Positions 39,285-53,696 of a stretch of DNA of 64,000 nt are shown here, one piece after another. The first letter of the stretch is position 1. Every line of letters begins with the position of its first letter. This DNA comes from Rhizophagus irregularis. Taxonomy: Eukaryota. The translations under genes and the position numbers were made by a program. The notes beneath the pieces were generated by a model. The model made no database searches, had not been told where the DNA came from, and worked only from the letters and a program-made list of their open reading frames with translations. Location: assembly GCF_026210795.1 (NCBI RefSeq), contig NC_089435.1:3658001-3722000 (forward strand), in the 5' to 3' direction.

Positions 39285-39765
39285 ACAAGTTTAATTTCAT
39301 GCAAAGCCTATATATTTCTAGATCGCAATAAATATAAGGTTTTCGTTACATTTACAACAAAGTTAATAGATAAATGACAATCTTTCATGCAAAGCCCTAC
39401 AATATTTCTAGATCCGAATAAACATTCAAATTTTATAAGGTTTTCGTTTACATTAAAGTTAATAGATAAATGACAATCTTTCATGCAAAGCCTACAATAT
39501 TTCTAGATCCGAAATATTTCGCAATAAACATTCAAATTTTATAAGGTTTTCGTTTACATTAAAGTTAATAGATAAATGACAATCTTTCATGCAAAGCCTA
39601 CAATATTTCTAGATCCGAAATATTTCGCAATAAATATTCAAATTTTATAAGGTTTTCGTTTACATTTATAACAAAGTAATAGATAAATGATAATCTTTCA
39701 TGCAAAGCCCTACTATATTTCTAGATCCGAAATATCTCGCAATAAATATTCAGATTTTATAAAAT
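39285..39765. repeat. ~100-112-bp tandem repeat x4
   Basis: Recurring AAGTTAATAGATAAATGACAATCTTTCATGCAAAGCC..ATATTTCTAGATCCGAA. Confidence 0.92.
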
Positions 39766-40342
39766 AATAAGCTGTGCATGATTATAACGAAATTTTTCTA
39801 AGCTTATTAATTGATAAATATATAGAAAAATGCTTGTGGTCTTTTGATGCACAACTATTGACCGAAAAAATGTATAACCAACCAGATCACAGTTACAATT
39901 GAGCACAATTTTTGATTGATCGGGTTGGTTATATATCCATAATAGCTTATGTTTATTATAAAATTAAAATCAGGGGAAAACCAATTTTTGTAGATCTGAT
40001 TAACCGGCTTATGTTTCCATTAACATGATCTGATCTATAGAGTTTCAAAAATAGGATTTTAGAGATTTTGGCTTATATTAGGCGAGGCTTGTTTCAAATT
40101 TGAAATATAGCTTCGCCCGAAACTCACTTTATGATTATCGAAATACGCCACTTTTCGTAGAAAAATTTAAAAAGAGGTAAACTTTTCACAATGATCTACG
40201 CCTGAGCCGGATCATGTTGTGGCTAATTATTTTTCGGCTAACTACACCATTATGCAAACGTTTATAAATTGACATAAATGAGCAAATAATTTTTTAATTA
40301 ATTTGTAAAGTTTAAATTCAAGTAAATAAAATACTCTTAAAA

Positions 40343-43300
40343 ATGTCATATAAATGCCCTTTTTGTCCAAGGTACTTCAGCACAAGGTCTGCATACACTC
40401 AACATAAGAATTTTTGTACTCCGCCTAATAACGATAGTAGCGATAGTGAAGAATTATAAGAATTTGAACATAAAACTAATAATCATGATATCGAGGTAAA
40501 GAAAATAGGAAATTATAAAATTTTTTGAATTTCTTTTTTAATATAATTAATTTTATAGATGGTCCGTGAAGATTCATGCGAAGATCTTTCTGATAATAAA
40601 AGTACAGACTCGGAAATAAATAATCAGAGTTTTCAAAGTATGATGTCAATTTCAGAGGTTGGTGAAATTGATCAAAATATAGAAGAAATAGACCACGATG
40701 AAAATGAAAATGTCTTTGAAAATATCTTGGAAGATTCTGATTCAGAATTGAATGAAGAAGAATCCAAACCAGAAATTAATGTTAATTACCCAAGTGAAGC
40801 ATATGGTGATTTAATGGCATTAGTTACGAAACATAAACTTAACAATGCGACAGGAAATGCTATAATTAAATTCTTTAATAAACATGCAAATTTAGATAAA
40901 TCACCTCTTCCAAGATCTATCGAACAAGGCCGCAAATATATGGATAATATGAAACTACCAAATTTAAATTATACTAAAACTAGTATAATGAATTATAATA
41001 ATAATGAGTATTTTCTTTATCATCAGTCTTTAATAAACTGTATAAAAAATATTTTGTCAATTTCGGACATATCACAAAATTTTGCGTTAACTTTTGAGAA
41101 AGTTGAGGTAATTATTTTATACTTTCGTATGAAATATACAACTTAATATTATAGGATATTTACTAATCTTCATATAAACTTAAAGCATAACGGTGAAAGG
41201 GAGTTTAGCGAACAAAATACTGGGATATGGTGGGAAAATGCGGAAAAATCCCTGCCACCTGGTGCCAGGCTTTTATCTTTAATATTATATTCTGACGCTA
41301 CAAATGTTGACACACTAGGAAAAAGTCAACTCCATCCCATTTACTTGTCTATTGGTAATATTAAAAATTGGAGGCGTAATAAGAAAGATGCAAAGCAATT
41401 ATTAGCGTATCTGCCGATCTTAAAATCTAATAATATTACTGAAAGGAAGTCTGAAACATTTAAGATTGCTGTTCGCCGAATGCTTCCATAAATCTTTGGA
41501 ATTGTTACTAGACCCTTTATTAAAATTAAATAAAAATGGCATTGATCTATTTTTAAATAACGAAATGATTTGGTTTTATCCTAGAGTTTCAGCTATAATA
41601 TCTGACTGGCCGGAAGCTGCAACGTATTGTCTTACATACAAATCACCAATGTCGAAACATCCTTGTCATTTTTGTCTAGTCACAAGAGACAATCTTGCTG
41701 ATCTTAATTTACAAATTGATGATATAACACCACGAACTCATGTTAATATGCAGCAGTATTTTAATCAAAACTCGGGAAATTCCGTTTGCATTGAAAATAT
41801 ATCTAATTTTTTTTGGAATCTGCCGTAAGTTTACATAATATTTGTTAGGCATCCAGCCATTTCGCCAAATCACGTAAGCATTACAAGCATTACACTAACA
41901 TGAGTTTATTTTTATTAATTTATATTAAGTAATATAAATATCTATCAAGCCACAGTGCCTGATAGAATGCATCATCTCGATTTAGGCCTCTTTCATTATC
42001 AAATCGATTATACGAAAAAACTTTTAGGGGCGCAATGTGGCAAAACTTTAGTTGATGAAGTAGATCATCGATTAGCCGCAATACCAAGATTTTCCGGTTT
42101 GAAGATCTTTACAAATGGCATACAATCAATAGCCAGATTAACAGCTAATGAGTATCGCAATCTGATGAAAGTAATGGTTTTTGTAGTGGACAATTTGTTT
42201 GTAAATAATGAGGATGATGAAAATTTTGTAAAGAATGAAGATCTGGCAAAACTTTACGAAGCTTGGAATGAAATGTATGCAATTAGTCGATATGAAAATT
42301 TCAAAGAAAGTGATTTGGCCAAATTTAGGGTATGTACTACATAATTATTATAAAACAACGCTGTCCACTAATACTTAAAATTATAATTTCAGGAATCTAT
42401 AAACAATTGGTCTCAAATGTTCATAAAAATTCTCCAATGTATGTCCCCCTCGGAGTTAAAATTACCAAAACTGCATTCGTGGGCATATCATATAATTGAT
42501 TCGATTCGATCATTTGGTGCAGTTAATGGATACACTACAGAGACTTACGAAAGCCTTCACAAAGAATACGTTAAGAATCCCTACCGATTAAGTAATAAAA
42601 AAAATATTGAAGTTCAAATAATGAAAATAGCAAGTATTATTTATATAAAATACACAATAATATGTTAAATTTCTAAAAAAAATTAATTTTTATAGATTCG
42701 GCGACAATCAATAACAAATATAACCCATCGATTACCAAATTCAGCTACTATCCCTCGTATATTTAAATTTACAGCAATACTTTTCGAATTTCTATTAAAA
42801 GATGCCCATGATTTTTTTGTAGAACAGGCTAATATAGACCACAAAATGAGATCTGGATTTGACAATTTTTTGGAATGTTTAAATCTGTATATGGATCACG
42901 AAAGTATTGCAAATGAAAGCCAAGTGACAATATACAGATCAGTTATAATAGAAAATGGTGCAATAATGCGTGCTACTAACAGTTATTATGGCAGACCTTG
43001 GTATAGTAATGTGTCTGTTCGTATGAATTCTGATGAATTATTTGATTATGCTTCTGATCAAGGCATTTGTTACGGGCAGGTAATTTTTTAATTGATTTGA
43101 TACTATATATTTATATAATATTGCTAATTTAAAAATGATTTTTTAAATTAAGATTTTATTAATAGCGAAAATAGAACTTAAGAATCAAAATATTCCATTA
43201 AATCTCGCATTAATTCAGTGGTATGACTTCAAATTTCAAAATCAACCACATCTTTATGGGTGTTCCTTACTAGAAATTACGGAAATCTATAACTTTATTG

Positions 43301-43386
43301 ATATAGAAGCAATACAAGATATCGTACATATAGTACCCCGGTTTAATAAAACAAATGAATATTTTGTAAATAAATACATATTTTAA
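40343..43386 (+). pseudogene. Plavaka transposase (N-terminal Zn finger, RNase H-like core), 7 exons, two visible lesions
   Basis: YKCPFCPRYF..HKNFC; EQNTGIWW..LSLILYSDAT..GKSQLHPIYLSIGNI..RRN; IISDWPEA..PCHFC; PDRMHHLDLGLF; IPRFSGLKIF; LPKLHSW..YTTETYESLHKEYVKNPYRLSN; ..HIVPRF..YFVNKYIF*. Premature TAA at 40457-59 and a +1 frameshift at ~41477. GC-AG intron at 42630. Confidence 0.9.
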
Positions 43387-43764
43387 TAAAGTTTATTATA
43401 TTTAACGACAGCGATACTAATATCTTGTATAACGTTACTGATCTAAAATATGACTATTACTTTTCCTTTTTTGATAAGGTAAGTTTTATGGATTTCCGTA
43501 AAGTTACGGTTGAATGCGTAAATTGTTCCATTTTTATTGGTTAGACTGTTCATGTCTGATCGGTTACACCAACTAATAAATTCGTGATCAAAAAATGCTG
43601 ATCAAACAACCCTGACTAATATATAATGAGTTGGAATTTTATTTCACTCAGGAGTGGTATCATTAGATTTTTTATAATGTGTATGCATGCTTATGTTTTC
43701 GAAATTATATAAATTTTTTATCGTACAAAGAAAAACTTTAATGTTTATTGTTTCCATGTAAGAT

Positions 43765-44715
43765 ACGACTGACATAATTATTACTACTAAGTATGCGAAG
43801 GTTTCTGCAGTTCCTGCGAATTCTACTTTAATGACTTGTACGAAAAATTGCTTGGTTTAGTATAATGAGTAAATATCGAAATCATGCGAATTTCTATCCA
43901 TAATAATAAAACTCATGTTCACGTGTTTATGTTTTATTTCCATATATGATATAACAATGATATAATTATTAAATATTCGAAGGTTCAAGGTTTCTGCGGA
44001 TTCTACTTTAATGACTTGTCGAAAAATTGCTTGGTTTAGTATAATGAGTAAGTATCGAAATCATGCGGTTCTATCCATAATAATAACAAGGAAAAAACTC
44101 ATGTTCCATATAAAGTGATATAATTATCGAATATTCGAAGGTTTCTGCGGTTACTGCTTTAATGACTGGTACGCCTGGTTTTAGAATAATGAGTAAGTAA
44201 TCGAAATTATCCTTATGTTCACGTGCGTGTTTTTATTTCCTCAACTGACATAATTATTACTAAGAAAGTTTCTGCAGTTCTACTTTAATGACTGGTACGA
44301 AAAAATTACCTGGTTTAGAATAATGAGTAAGTAATCGAAATTATGTGAATTTATCCTTATGTTCACGTGCATTTGGTTTTATTTCCTCAACTGACATAAT
44401 TATTACTAAGAAAGTTTCTTTGCCTGGTTTAGAATAATGAGTAATTATGCCTATGTTCACGTGCATGTGTTTTTATTTCCTCGACTGACATAATTATTAC
44501 TAAGAAAGTTTCTTTTCCCGGTTTAGAATAATGAGTAATTATGCGAATTTATCCTTATGTTCATGTGTATATGTTTTTATTTCCTCAACTGACATAATTA
44601 TTACTAAGAGAGTTTCTGCGGTTCTGCTTAATGACTGGTACGAAAATTTGCATGATGTAATTATTGAGTATTCGAAAGTTTCTGTTAATGACTGGTACGA
44701 AAAATTGCTTGATTT
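43765..44715. repeat. internal degenerate ~110-170-bp array upstream of the accessory gene (repeated in each unit)
   Basis: Recurring blocks CTGACATAATTATTACTAAG, GTTTCTGC.GTT, TTAATGACT.GTACG, GGTTTAG.ATAATGAGTAA, ATGTTCACGTG. Also at ~46773-47795, 49770-50795 and 52827-53592. Confidence 0.9.
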
Positions 44716-44823
44716 GGGGTTAAAGAGTTTTTTTTTTTCATAAATAAGGACCAATTTTTTTTCTTCAGAAATATTTCTTTTTTTCTTAAATTGTAAGAAA
44801 TCCCATTATTCAAAAGTATCATT

Positions 44824-46140
44824 ATGGAATCAGGAAATAAATTGAGAGAATCCTCTCGTAAGAAAATTGAGGAATTGCTAATCGAAGGGAATCATAAGCG
44901 CAGTGATAGAGGCCGAAGCAGAAGCAGAAGCAACAGCAGTAAAACCAACATCAACACCAACGAAACCATCAATGACGAAATTTATGTTACTCAGACTAAG
45001 AGATGGCTTCCTGTAAATTCAAAAATTGAAGGTATTCGCAAATATTTAAGAAATTAATAAAATTATCTTGTAATTAATTAATATTTATTGTAATTATGGT
45101 AGATTGATTAATAAGAATTGAAAATAAAATCGATACTTTAAGTAAAGAAATACAAGAGTTTAAATCCGAGTTAAAAACTTTACTTTCTGATAAAATAAAT
45201 TTGACATCAAGCGTTAAAGAATCATTCATAGCGGTAAGAATATCTTTGAAATATTTAGTTTTATTATTTATTTACATTCTAATTATTTTGAATTTCGACT
45301 AATTTTAGGATGTTGTGAAAAATGTTTCGAAATTATTAATAAAAGTATCGATTTACCCAACAAAAGATGAATGTTGTGGAGCGGTTGAAGGATATTTATC
45401 ACTGAACCATGCGAGTTTTTTCTCTAATTTTACTGAAGACGATTGGATCTCGTTTTACAACGAGAATATACATAAACAAGTAAGTCCTTATTCGATAGTA
45501 ACAAAATGTTTAATAAAATAAAATAAAATATTAAGTATTAACTTTCTTCATAGTTAACAAAACAAGTACGGTCCGTAAGAGGAACATTGTCCTCGAAATC
45601 AAGGGAGGCTATTTTTTCTATATTCGGATCCCGTTTACCACCTATAAACACAAATGCCGGGCCGTCTGAAATTGCAAAATGGAAAAGAAACCCCGAGGTT
45701 AAAAGTTGTTATGAAAGCCTGTTTACAAAGATGAATCCCAAGGACAAAAATTCTTCGATTGTTTTAATGAGCGTTATTGACAGAGTCCTCCAAAATGACT
45801 ATTCTAATGCAGAAATCGCATATGTTCTTGCGATCTGCTCAACAATTTTGAACCCAAATCATGACGAAATAATGTTGAAAAAGAATATCATGAAACAAAA
45901 AGTTAAAAAATTTTTAGTAAGTTTGTAATTTTGTAGTAGTATTTAATAAAATATCATTTCATGGCTAATCAATCATATTATTCTTTAAAGAAAAAAATCA
46001 ATAATCAAACGGGCATAAATTATTCTGATTTTGAAGATAATAGCTATGAGGAAGAAGAAAGTGGAAATGAAACTGAAGATGATGAAGATGATGATGTGAT
46101 GATGTATAATAAGGTGAATTTTATTATATGCATAAGATAA
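44824..46140 (+). pseudogene. accessory gene copy 1
   Basis: Five-exon model. Exon 2 starts (G)AT TGA, where copies 2-4 have GAT CGA, giving a premature stop. Confidence 0.7.
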
Positions 46141-47904
46141 TTATATATATGTTTATTTGTTTTAATAAATTTATTATTTTTTTTATTGGTTTGGCAGGAC
46201 TGGTGAATATATTAATAATATATATAATATTACGAATTAGTAATTGATATGTACAATTTCAAAAAAAAAAATACCCCCACTCCTCTAAATTTTATAAATT
46301 AAATTTATTTGATAATCATTTAAAAGAGCATCTTTCTTCAAAAAACAAAAACAAATCAATAAATTTTACGTTTTTGCGATTAATTTATATATATAATTTT
46401 ATTAATATGAGTTTGGCTGATAACTGTTAAACAATAAAAGAATTTTTATACATGAAACACAAAAAATTATTTTGAATTTGATCGCAATTTTGTTAAAATT
46501 CATAGTTACAATTGAATGTGTAAAATTGTTCTATTTTTTATTGGTTAGACTGGAGTTCATTGTCTGATCGGTCACACCAACTAATAAATTCGTGATCAAA
46601 AAATGCTGATCAAACAATTCTGACTTATATATAATGAGTTGGAATTTTATTTCACTCAGGAGTGTATCATTAGATTTTTTATAATGTGTATGCATGCTTA
46701 TGTTTTCGAAATTATATAAATTTTTTATCGTACAAAGAAAAACTTTAATGTTTATTGTTTCCATGTAAGATACGACTGACATAATTATTACTACTAAGTA
46801 TGCGAAGGTTTCTGCAGTTCCTGCGAATTCTACTTTAATGACTTGTACGAAAAATTGCTTGGTTTACTAGTATAATGAGTAAGTATCGAAATCATGCGAA
46901 TTTCTATCCATAATAATAAAACTCATGTTCACGTGTTTATGTTTTATTTCCATATATGATATAACAATGATATAATTATTAAATATTCGAAGGTTCAAGG
47001 TTCCTGCGGATTCTACTTTAATGACTTGTCGAAAAATTGCTTGGTTTAGTATAATGAGTAAGTATCGAAATCATGCGGTTCTATCCATAATAATAACAAG
47101 GAAAAACTCATGTTCACGCGTAATTATTTATTTCCATATAAAGTGATATAATTATTGAATATTCGAAGGTTTCTGCGGTTACTGCTTTAATGACTGGTAC
47201 GCCTGGTTTAGAATAATGAGTAAGTAATCGAAATTATCCTTATGTTCACGTGCGTGTTTTTATTTTCTCAACTGACATAATTATTACTAAGAAAGTTTCT
47301 GCGGTTCTACTTTAATGACTGGTACGAAAAAATTACCTGGTTTAGAATAATGAGTAAGTAATCGAAATTATGTGAATTTATCCTTATGTTCACGTGCATT
47401 TGTTTTTATTTCCTCAACTGACATAATTATTACTAAGAAAGTTTCTTTGCTTGGTTTAGAATAATGAGTAATTATGCGAATTGTACGAAAAAATTTCCTG
47501 GTTTAGAATAATGAGTAATTATGCGATTTATCCTTATGTTCACGTGCATTTGTTTTTATTTCCTCGTCTGACATAATTATTATTAAGAAAGTTTCTTTTC
47601 CTGGTTTAGAATAATGAGTAATTATGCGAATTTATCCTTATGTTCATGTGTATATGTTTTTATTTCCTCAACTGACATAATTATTACTAAGAGAGTTTCT
47701 GCAGTTCTGCTTAATGACTGGTACGAAAATTTGCATGATGTAATTATTGAGTATTCGAAAGTTTCTGTTAATGACTGGTACGAAAAATTACTTGATTTGG
47801 GTTTAAAGAGTTTTTTTTTTCATAAATAATGGTCAATTTTTTTCCTTCAGAAATATTTTTTTTTCTTAAATTGTAAGAAATCCCACTTTTTCAAAAGTAT
47901 CATT

Positions 47905-49168
47905 ATGGAATCAGGAAATAAATTGAGAGAGTCCTCTCGTAAGAAAATTGAGGAATTGCTAATCGAAGGGAATCATAAGCGCAGTGATAGAAGCCAAAGC
48001 CGAAGCAGAAACAACAGCAGTAAAACCAACATCAACACCAACGAAACCATTAATGACGAAGTTAGCGTTCTTCAAACTAAGAGATGGCTTCCTGCAAATT
48101 CAAAAAATTGAAGGTATTCGCAAATATTTAAGAAATTAATAAAATTATCTTGTAATTAATATTTATTGTAATTATGGTAGATCGATTAACAAAGATTGAA
48201 AATAAAATCGATACTTTAAGTAAAGAAATACAAGAGTTTTAATCCGAGTTAAAAACTTTACTTTCTGATAAAATAAATTTGACATCAAGCATTAAAGAAT
48301 CATTCATAGCGGTAAAAATATCTTTGAAATATTTAATTTTATTATTTATTTACATTCTAATTATTTTGAATTTCGACTAATTTTAGGATGTTGTGAAAAA
48401 TGTTTCGAAATTATTAATAAAAGTATCGATTTACCCAACAAAAGATGAATGTTGTGGAGCGGTTGAAGGATATTTATCACTGAACCATGCGAGTTTTTTC
48501 TCTAATTTTACTGAAGACGATTGGATCGCGTTTTACAACGATAATATACATAAACAAGTAAGTCCTTATTCGATAACAAAATGTTTAATAAAATAAAATA
48601 AAATATTAAGTATTAACTTTCTTCGTAGTTAACAAAACAAGTACGGTCCGTAAGAGGAACATTGTCCTCGAAATCAAGGGAGGCTATTTTTTCTATATTC
48701 GGATCCCGTTTACCACCTATAAACACAAATGCCGGGCCGTCTGAAATTGCAAAATGGAAAAGAAAACCCGAGGTTAAAAGTTGTTTTGAAGGCTTGTTCA
48801 AAAAAATGAATCCCAAAGACAAAAATTCTTCGATTGTTTTAGCAAGCGTTATTGACAAAGTCCTCCAAAATGGCCATTCTAATGCAGAACTTGCATATGT
48901 TCTTGCGATCTGCTCAACAATTTTGAACCCAAATCATGACGAAATAATGTTGAAAAAGAATATCATGAAACAAAAAGTTAAAAAATTTTTAGTAAGTTTG
49001 TAATTTTATAGTAGTATTTAATAAAATAAGATTTCATGGCTAATCATATTATCTTTAAAGAAAAAAATCAATAGTCAAACGGTCATAATTTATTCCGATT
49101 TTGAAGATAATAGCTATGAGGAAGAAGAAAGTAGAAATGAAAAAGATGATGAAGAAGATGATGTATAA
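47905..49168 (+). pseudogene. accessory gene copy 2
   Basis: Extra A at ~48102-48107 (frameshift in exon 1) and TAA at ~48240 in exon 2. Confidence 0.7.
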
Positions 49169-50901
49169 TAAGGTGAATTTTATTATATGCATAAGATAAT
49201 TATATATATGTTTATTTGTTTTAATAAATTTATTATTTTTTTTTTATTGGTTTGGCAGGACTGGTGAATTCATATTAATAATATAATATTACGAATTAGT
49301 AATTGATATGTCATTTAAAAGAGCATTTCCTTCAAAAAACAAATCAATAAATTTTACGTTTTTGCGATTAATTTGTATATAAAATTTTATTAATTTGAGT
49401 TTTTCTCATTTGACTGATAACTGTTAAACAATAAAGAATTTTTATACATGAAACACAAAAAATTATTTTGAATTTGATCGCAATTTTGTTAAAATTCATA
49501 GTTACAATTGAATGTGTAAAATTGTTCTATTTTTTTATTGGTTAGACTGGAGTTCATTGTCTGATCGGTCACACCAACTAATAAATTTGTGATCAAAAAA
49601 TGCTGATCAAACAACCCTGACTAATATATAATGAGTTGGAATTTTATTTCACTCAGGAGTGTATCATTAGATTTTTTATAATGTGTATGCATGCTTATGT
49701 TTTCGAAATTATATAAATTTTTTATCGTACAAAGAAAAACTTTAATTTTTATTGTTTCCATGTAAGATACGACTGACATAATTATTACTACTAAGTATGC
49801 GAAGGTTTCTGCAGTTCCTGCGAATTCTACTTTAATGACTTGTACGAAAAATTGCTTGGTTTAGTATAATGAGTAAGTATCGAAATCATGCGAATTTCTA
49901 TCTATAATAATAAAACTCATGTTCACGTGTTTATGTTTTATTTCCATATATGATATAACAATAATATAATTATTAAATATTCGAAGGTTCAAGGTTCCTG
50001 CGGATTCTACTTTAATGACTTGTACGAAAAATTGCTTGGTTTAGTATAATGAGTAAGTATCAAAATCATGCGGTTCTATCCATAATAATAACAAGGAAAA
50101 AACTCATGTTCACGCGTAATTATTTATTTCCATATAAAGTGATATAATTATTGAATATTCGAAGGTTTCTGCGGTTACTGCTTTAATGACTGGTACGCCT
50201 GGTTTAGAATAATGAGTAAGTAATCGAAATTATCCTTATGTTCACGTGCGTGTTTTTATTTCCTCAACTGATATAATTATTACTAAGAAAGTTTCTGCAG
50301 TTCTACTTTAATGACTGGTACGAAAAAATTACCTGGTTTAGAATAATGAGTAAGTAATCGAAATTATGTGAATTTATCCTTATGTTCACGTGCATTTGTT
50401 TTTATTTCCTCAACTGACATAATTATTACTAAGAAAGTTGTTTTGCTTGGTTTATAATAATGAGTAATTATGCGAATTGTACGAAAAAATTTCCTGGTTT
50501 AGAATAATGAGTAATTATGCGATTTATCCTTATGTTCACATGCATTTGTTTTATTTTCCTCGTCTGACATAATTATTACTAAGAAAGTTTCTTTTCCTGG
50601 TTTAGAATAATGAGTAATTATGCGAATTTATCCTTATGTTCATGTGTATATGTTTTTATTTCCTCAACTGACATAATTATTACTAAGAGAGTTTCTGCAG
50701 TTCTGCTTAATGACTGGTACGAAAATTTGCATGATGTAATTATTGAATATTCGAAAGTTTCTGTTAATGACTGGTACGAAAAATTGCTTGATTTGGGTTT
50801 AAAGAGTTTTTTTTTTTCATAAATAATGGTCAATTTTTTTCCTTCAGAAATATTTTTTTTTCTTAAATTGTAAGAAATCCCACTTTTTCAAAAGTATCAT
50901 T

Positions 50902-52174
50902 ATGGAATCAGGAAATAAATTGAGAGAGTCCTCTCGTAAGAAAATTGAGGAATTGCTAATCGAAGGGAATCATAAGCGCAGTGATAGAAGCCAAAGCCGA
51001 AGCAGAAACAACAGCAGTAAAACCAACATCAACACCAACGAAACCATTAATGACGAAGTTAGCGTTCTTCAAACTAAGAGATGGCTTCCTGCAAATTCAA
51101 AAATTGAAGGTATTCACAAATATTTAAGAAATTAATAAAATTATCTTGTAATTAATATTTATTGTAATTATGGTAGATCGATTAACAAAGATTGAAAATA
51201 AAATCAATACTTTAAGTAAAGAAATACACGAGTTTAAATCCGAGTTAAAAACTTTACTTTCTGATAAAATAAATTTGTCATCAAGCGTTAAAGAATCATT
51301 CATAGCGGTAGGAATATCTTTGAAATATTTAGTTTTATTATTTATTTACATTCTAATTATTTTGAATTTCGACTAATTTTAGGATGTTGTGAAAAATGTT
51401 TTGAAATTATTAATAAAAGTATCAATTTACCTAACAAAAGATGAATGTTATGGAGCGGTTGAAGGATATTTAATACTGAACCATGCGAGTTTTTTCTCTA
51501 ATTTTACTGAAGACGATTGGATCGCGTATTATAACAAGAATATACATAAACAAGTAAGTCCTTATTCGATAACAAAATGTTTAATAAAATAAAATAAAAT
51601 ATTAAGTATTAACTTTCTTCGTAAAGTTAACAAAACAAGTACGGTCCATAAGAAGAACATTGTCCTCGAAATCAATGGAGGCTATTTTTTCTATATTCGG
51701 ATCCCGTTTACCACCTATAAACACAAATGCCGGGCCGTCTGAAGTAGCAAAATGGAAGAGAAAATCCGAAGTTAAAGATTGTTTTGAAGGCCTGTTCAAA
51801 AAAATGAATTCCAAAGACAAAAATTCTTCGATTGTTTTAGCAAGCGTTATTGACAGAGTCCTCCAAGGTGGCAATTCTAATGCAGAACTTGCATATGTTC
51901 TTGCGACCTGCTCAACAATTTTGAACCCACATCATGACGAAATAATGTTGAAAAAGAATATCATGAAACAAAAAGTTAAAAAATTTTTAGTAAGTTTGTA
52001 ATTTTGTAGTAGTATTTAATAAAATATCATTTCATGGCTAATCAATCATATTATTCTTTAAAGGAAAAAATCAATAATCAAACGGCCATAAAATATTCCG
52101 ATTTTGAAGATAATAACTATGAGGAAGAAGAAGGTGGAAATGAAACTGAAGATGATGAAGAAGATGATGTATAA
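50902..52174 (+). CDS. accessory gene copy 3, apparently intact (~325 aa; basic N-terminus, coiled coil, helical domain, acidic tail)
   Basis: Five GT-AG exons join in frame: MESGNKL..KIE|DRLTKIENKINTLSKEIHEFKSEL..FIA|DVVKNV..SIYLTKDEC..NIHKQ|LTKQVRSIRRTLSSKS..KKFL|EKINNQ..EDDEEDDV*. Confidence 0.75.
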
Positions 52175-53696
52175 TAAGGTGAATTTTATATGCATAAGAT
52201 AATTATATATATGTTTATTTGTTTTAATAAATTTATTATTTTTTTTTATTGGTTTGGTAGGACTGGTGAATATATTAATAATATAACAAATATTACGAAT
52301 TAGTAATTGATATGTACAATTTCAAAAAAAAAAATGCCCCCACTCTTCTAAATTTTATAAATTACATTTATTTGATAATCATTTAAAAGAGCATCTCCTT
52401 CAAAAAACAAATCAATAAATTTTACGTTTTTGCGATTAATTTGTATATAAAATTTTATTAATTTGAGTTTTTCTCATTTGGCTGATAACTGTTAAACAAA
52501 TAAAAGAATTTTTATACATGAAACACAAAAAATTATTTTGAATTTAATCGTAATTTTGTTAAAATTCATAGTTACAATTGATTCGTAAATTGTTCTATTT
52601 TTTATTGGTTAGACTGGAGTTCATTGTCTGATCGGTCACACCAACTAATATCAAAAATGCTGATCAAACAACCCTGACTAATATATAATGAGTTTGAATT
52701 TTATTTCACTCAGGAGTGGTATCATTAGATTTTTTATTCTGTGTATGCATGCTTATGTTCGAAATTATACAAATTTTTTATCGTGCAAAGAAAAACTTTA
52801 ATGTTTATTTGTTTCCATGTAAGATACGACTGACATAATTATTACTACTAAGTATGCGAAGGTTTCTGCAGTTTCTGCGAATTCTACTTTAATGACTTGT
52901 ACGAAAAATTGCTTGGTTTAGTATAATGAGTAAGTATCGAAATCATGCGAATTTCTATCCATAATAATAAAACTCATGTTCACGTGTTTATGTTTTATTT
53001 CCATATATGATATAACAATGATATAATTATTAAATATTCGAAGGTTCAAGGTTCCTGCGGATTCTACTTTAATGACTTGTACGAAAAATTGCTTGGTTTA
53101 GTATAATGAGTAAGTATCGAAATCATGCGGTTCTATCCATAATAATAACAAGGAAAAAACTCATGTTCACGCGTAATTATTTATTTTTATATAAAGTGAT
53201 ATAATTATTGAATATTCGAAGGTTTCTGCGGTTACTGCTTTAATGACTGGTACGCCTGGTTTAGAATAATGAGTAAGTAATCGAAATTATCCTTATGTTC
53301 ACGTACGTGTTTTTATTTCCTCAACTGACATAATTATTACTAAGAAAGTTTTTTTGCTTGGTTTAGAATAATGAGTAATTATGTGAATTGTACGAAAAAA
53401 TTTCCTGGTTTAGAATAATGAGTAATTATGCGATTTATCCTTATGTTCACGCGCATTTGTTTTTATTTCCTCAACTGACATAATTATTACTAAGAAAGTT
53501 TCTGCGGTTCTGCTTAATGACTGGTACGAAAATTTGCATGATGTAATTATTGAGTATTCGAAAGTTTCTGTTAATGACTGGTACGAAAAATTGTTAAAGA
53601 GTTTTTTTTTTTCATAAATAATGGTCAATTTTTTTTCTTCAGAAATATTTTTTTTTTCTTAAATTGTAAGAAATCCCATTTTTCAAAAGTATCATT

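Noticed and set aside
38169..39331. Cluster of overlapping short ORFs
   Set aside because: Products of the 311-bp tandem repeat, with homopolymer-length frame changes.
44531..44754. Repeated MSNYANLSLC ORF and its antisense ORF
   Set aside because: Lies within the upstream array of each unit. Recurrence reflects unit duplication, and the ORF is altered in unit 4.
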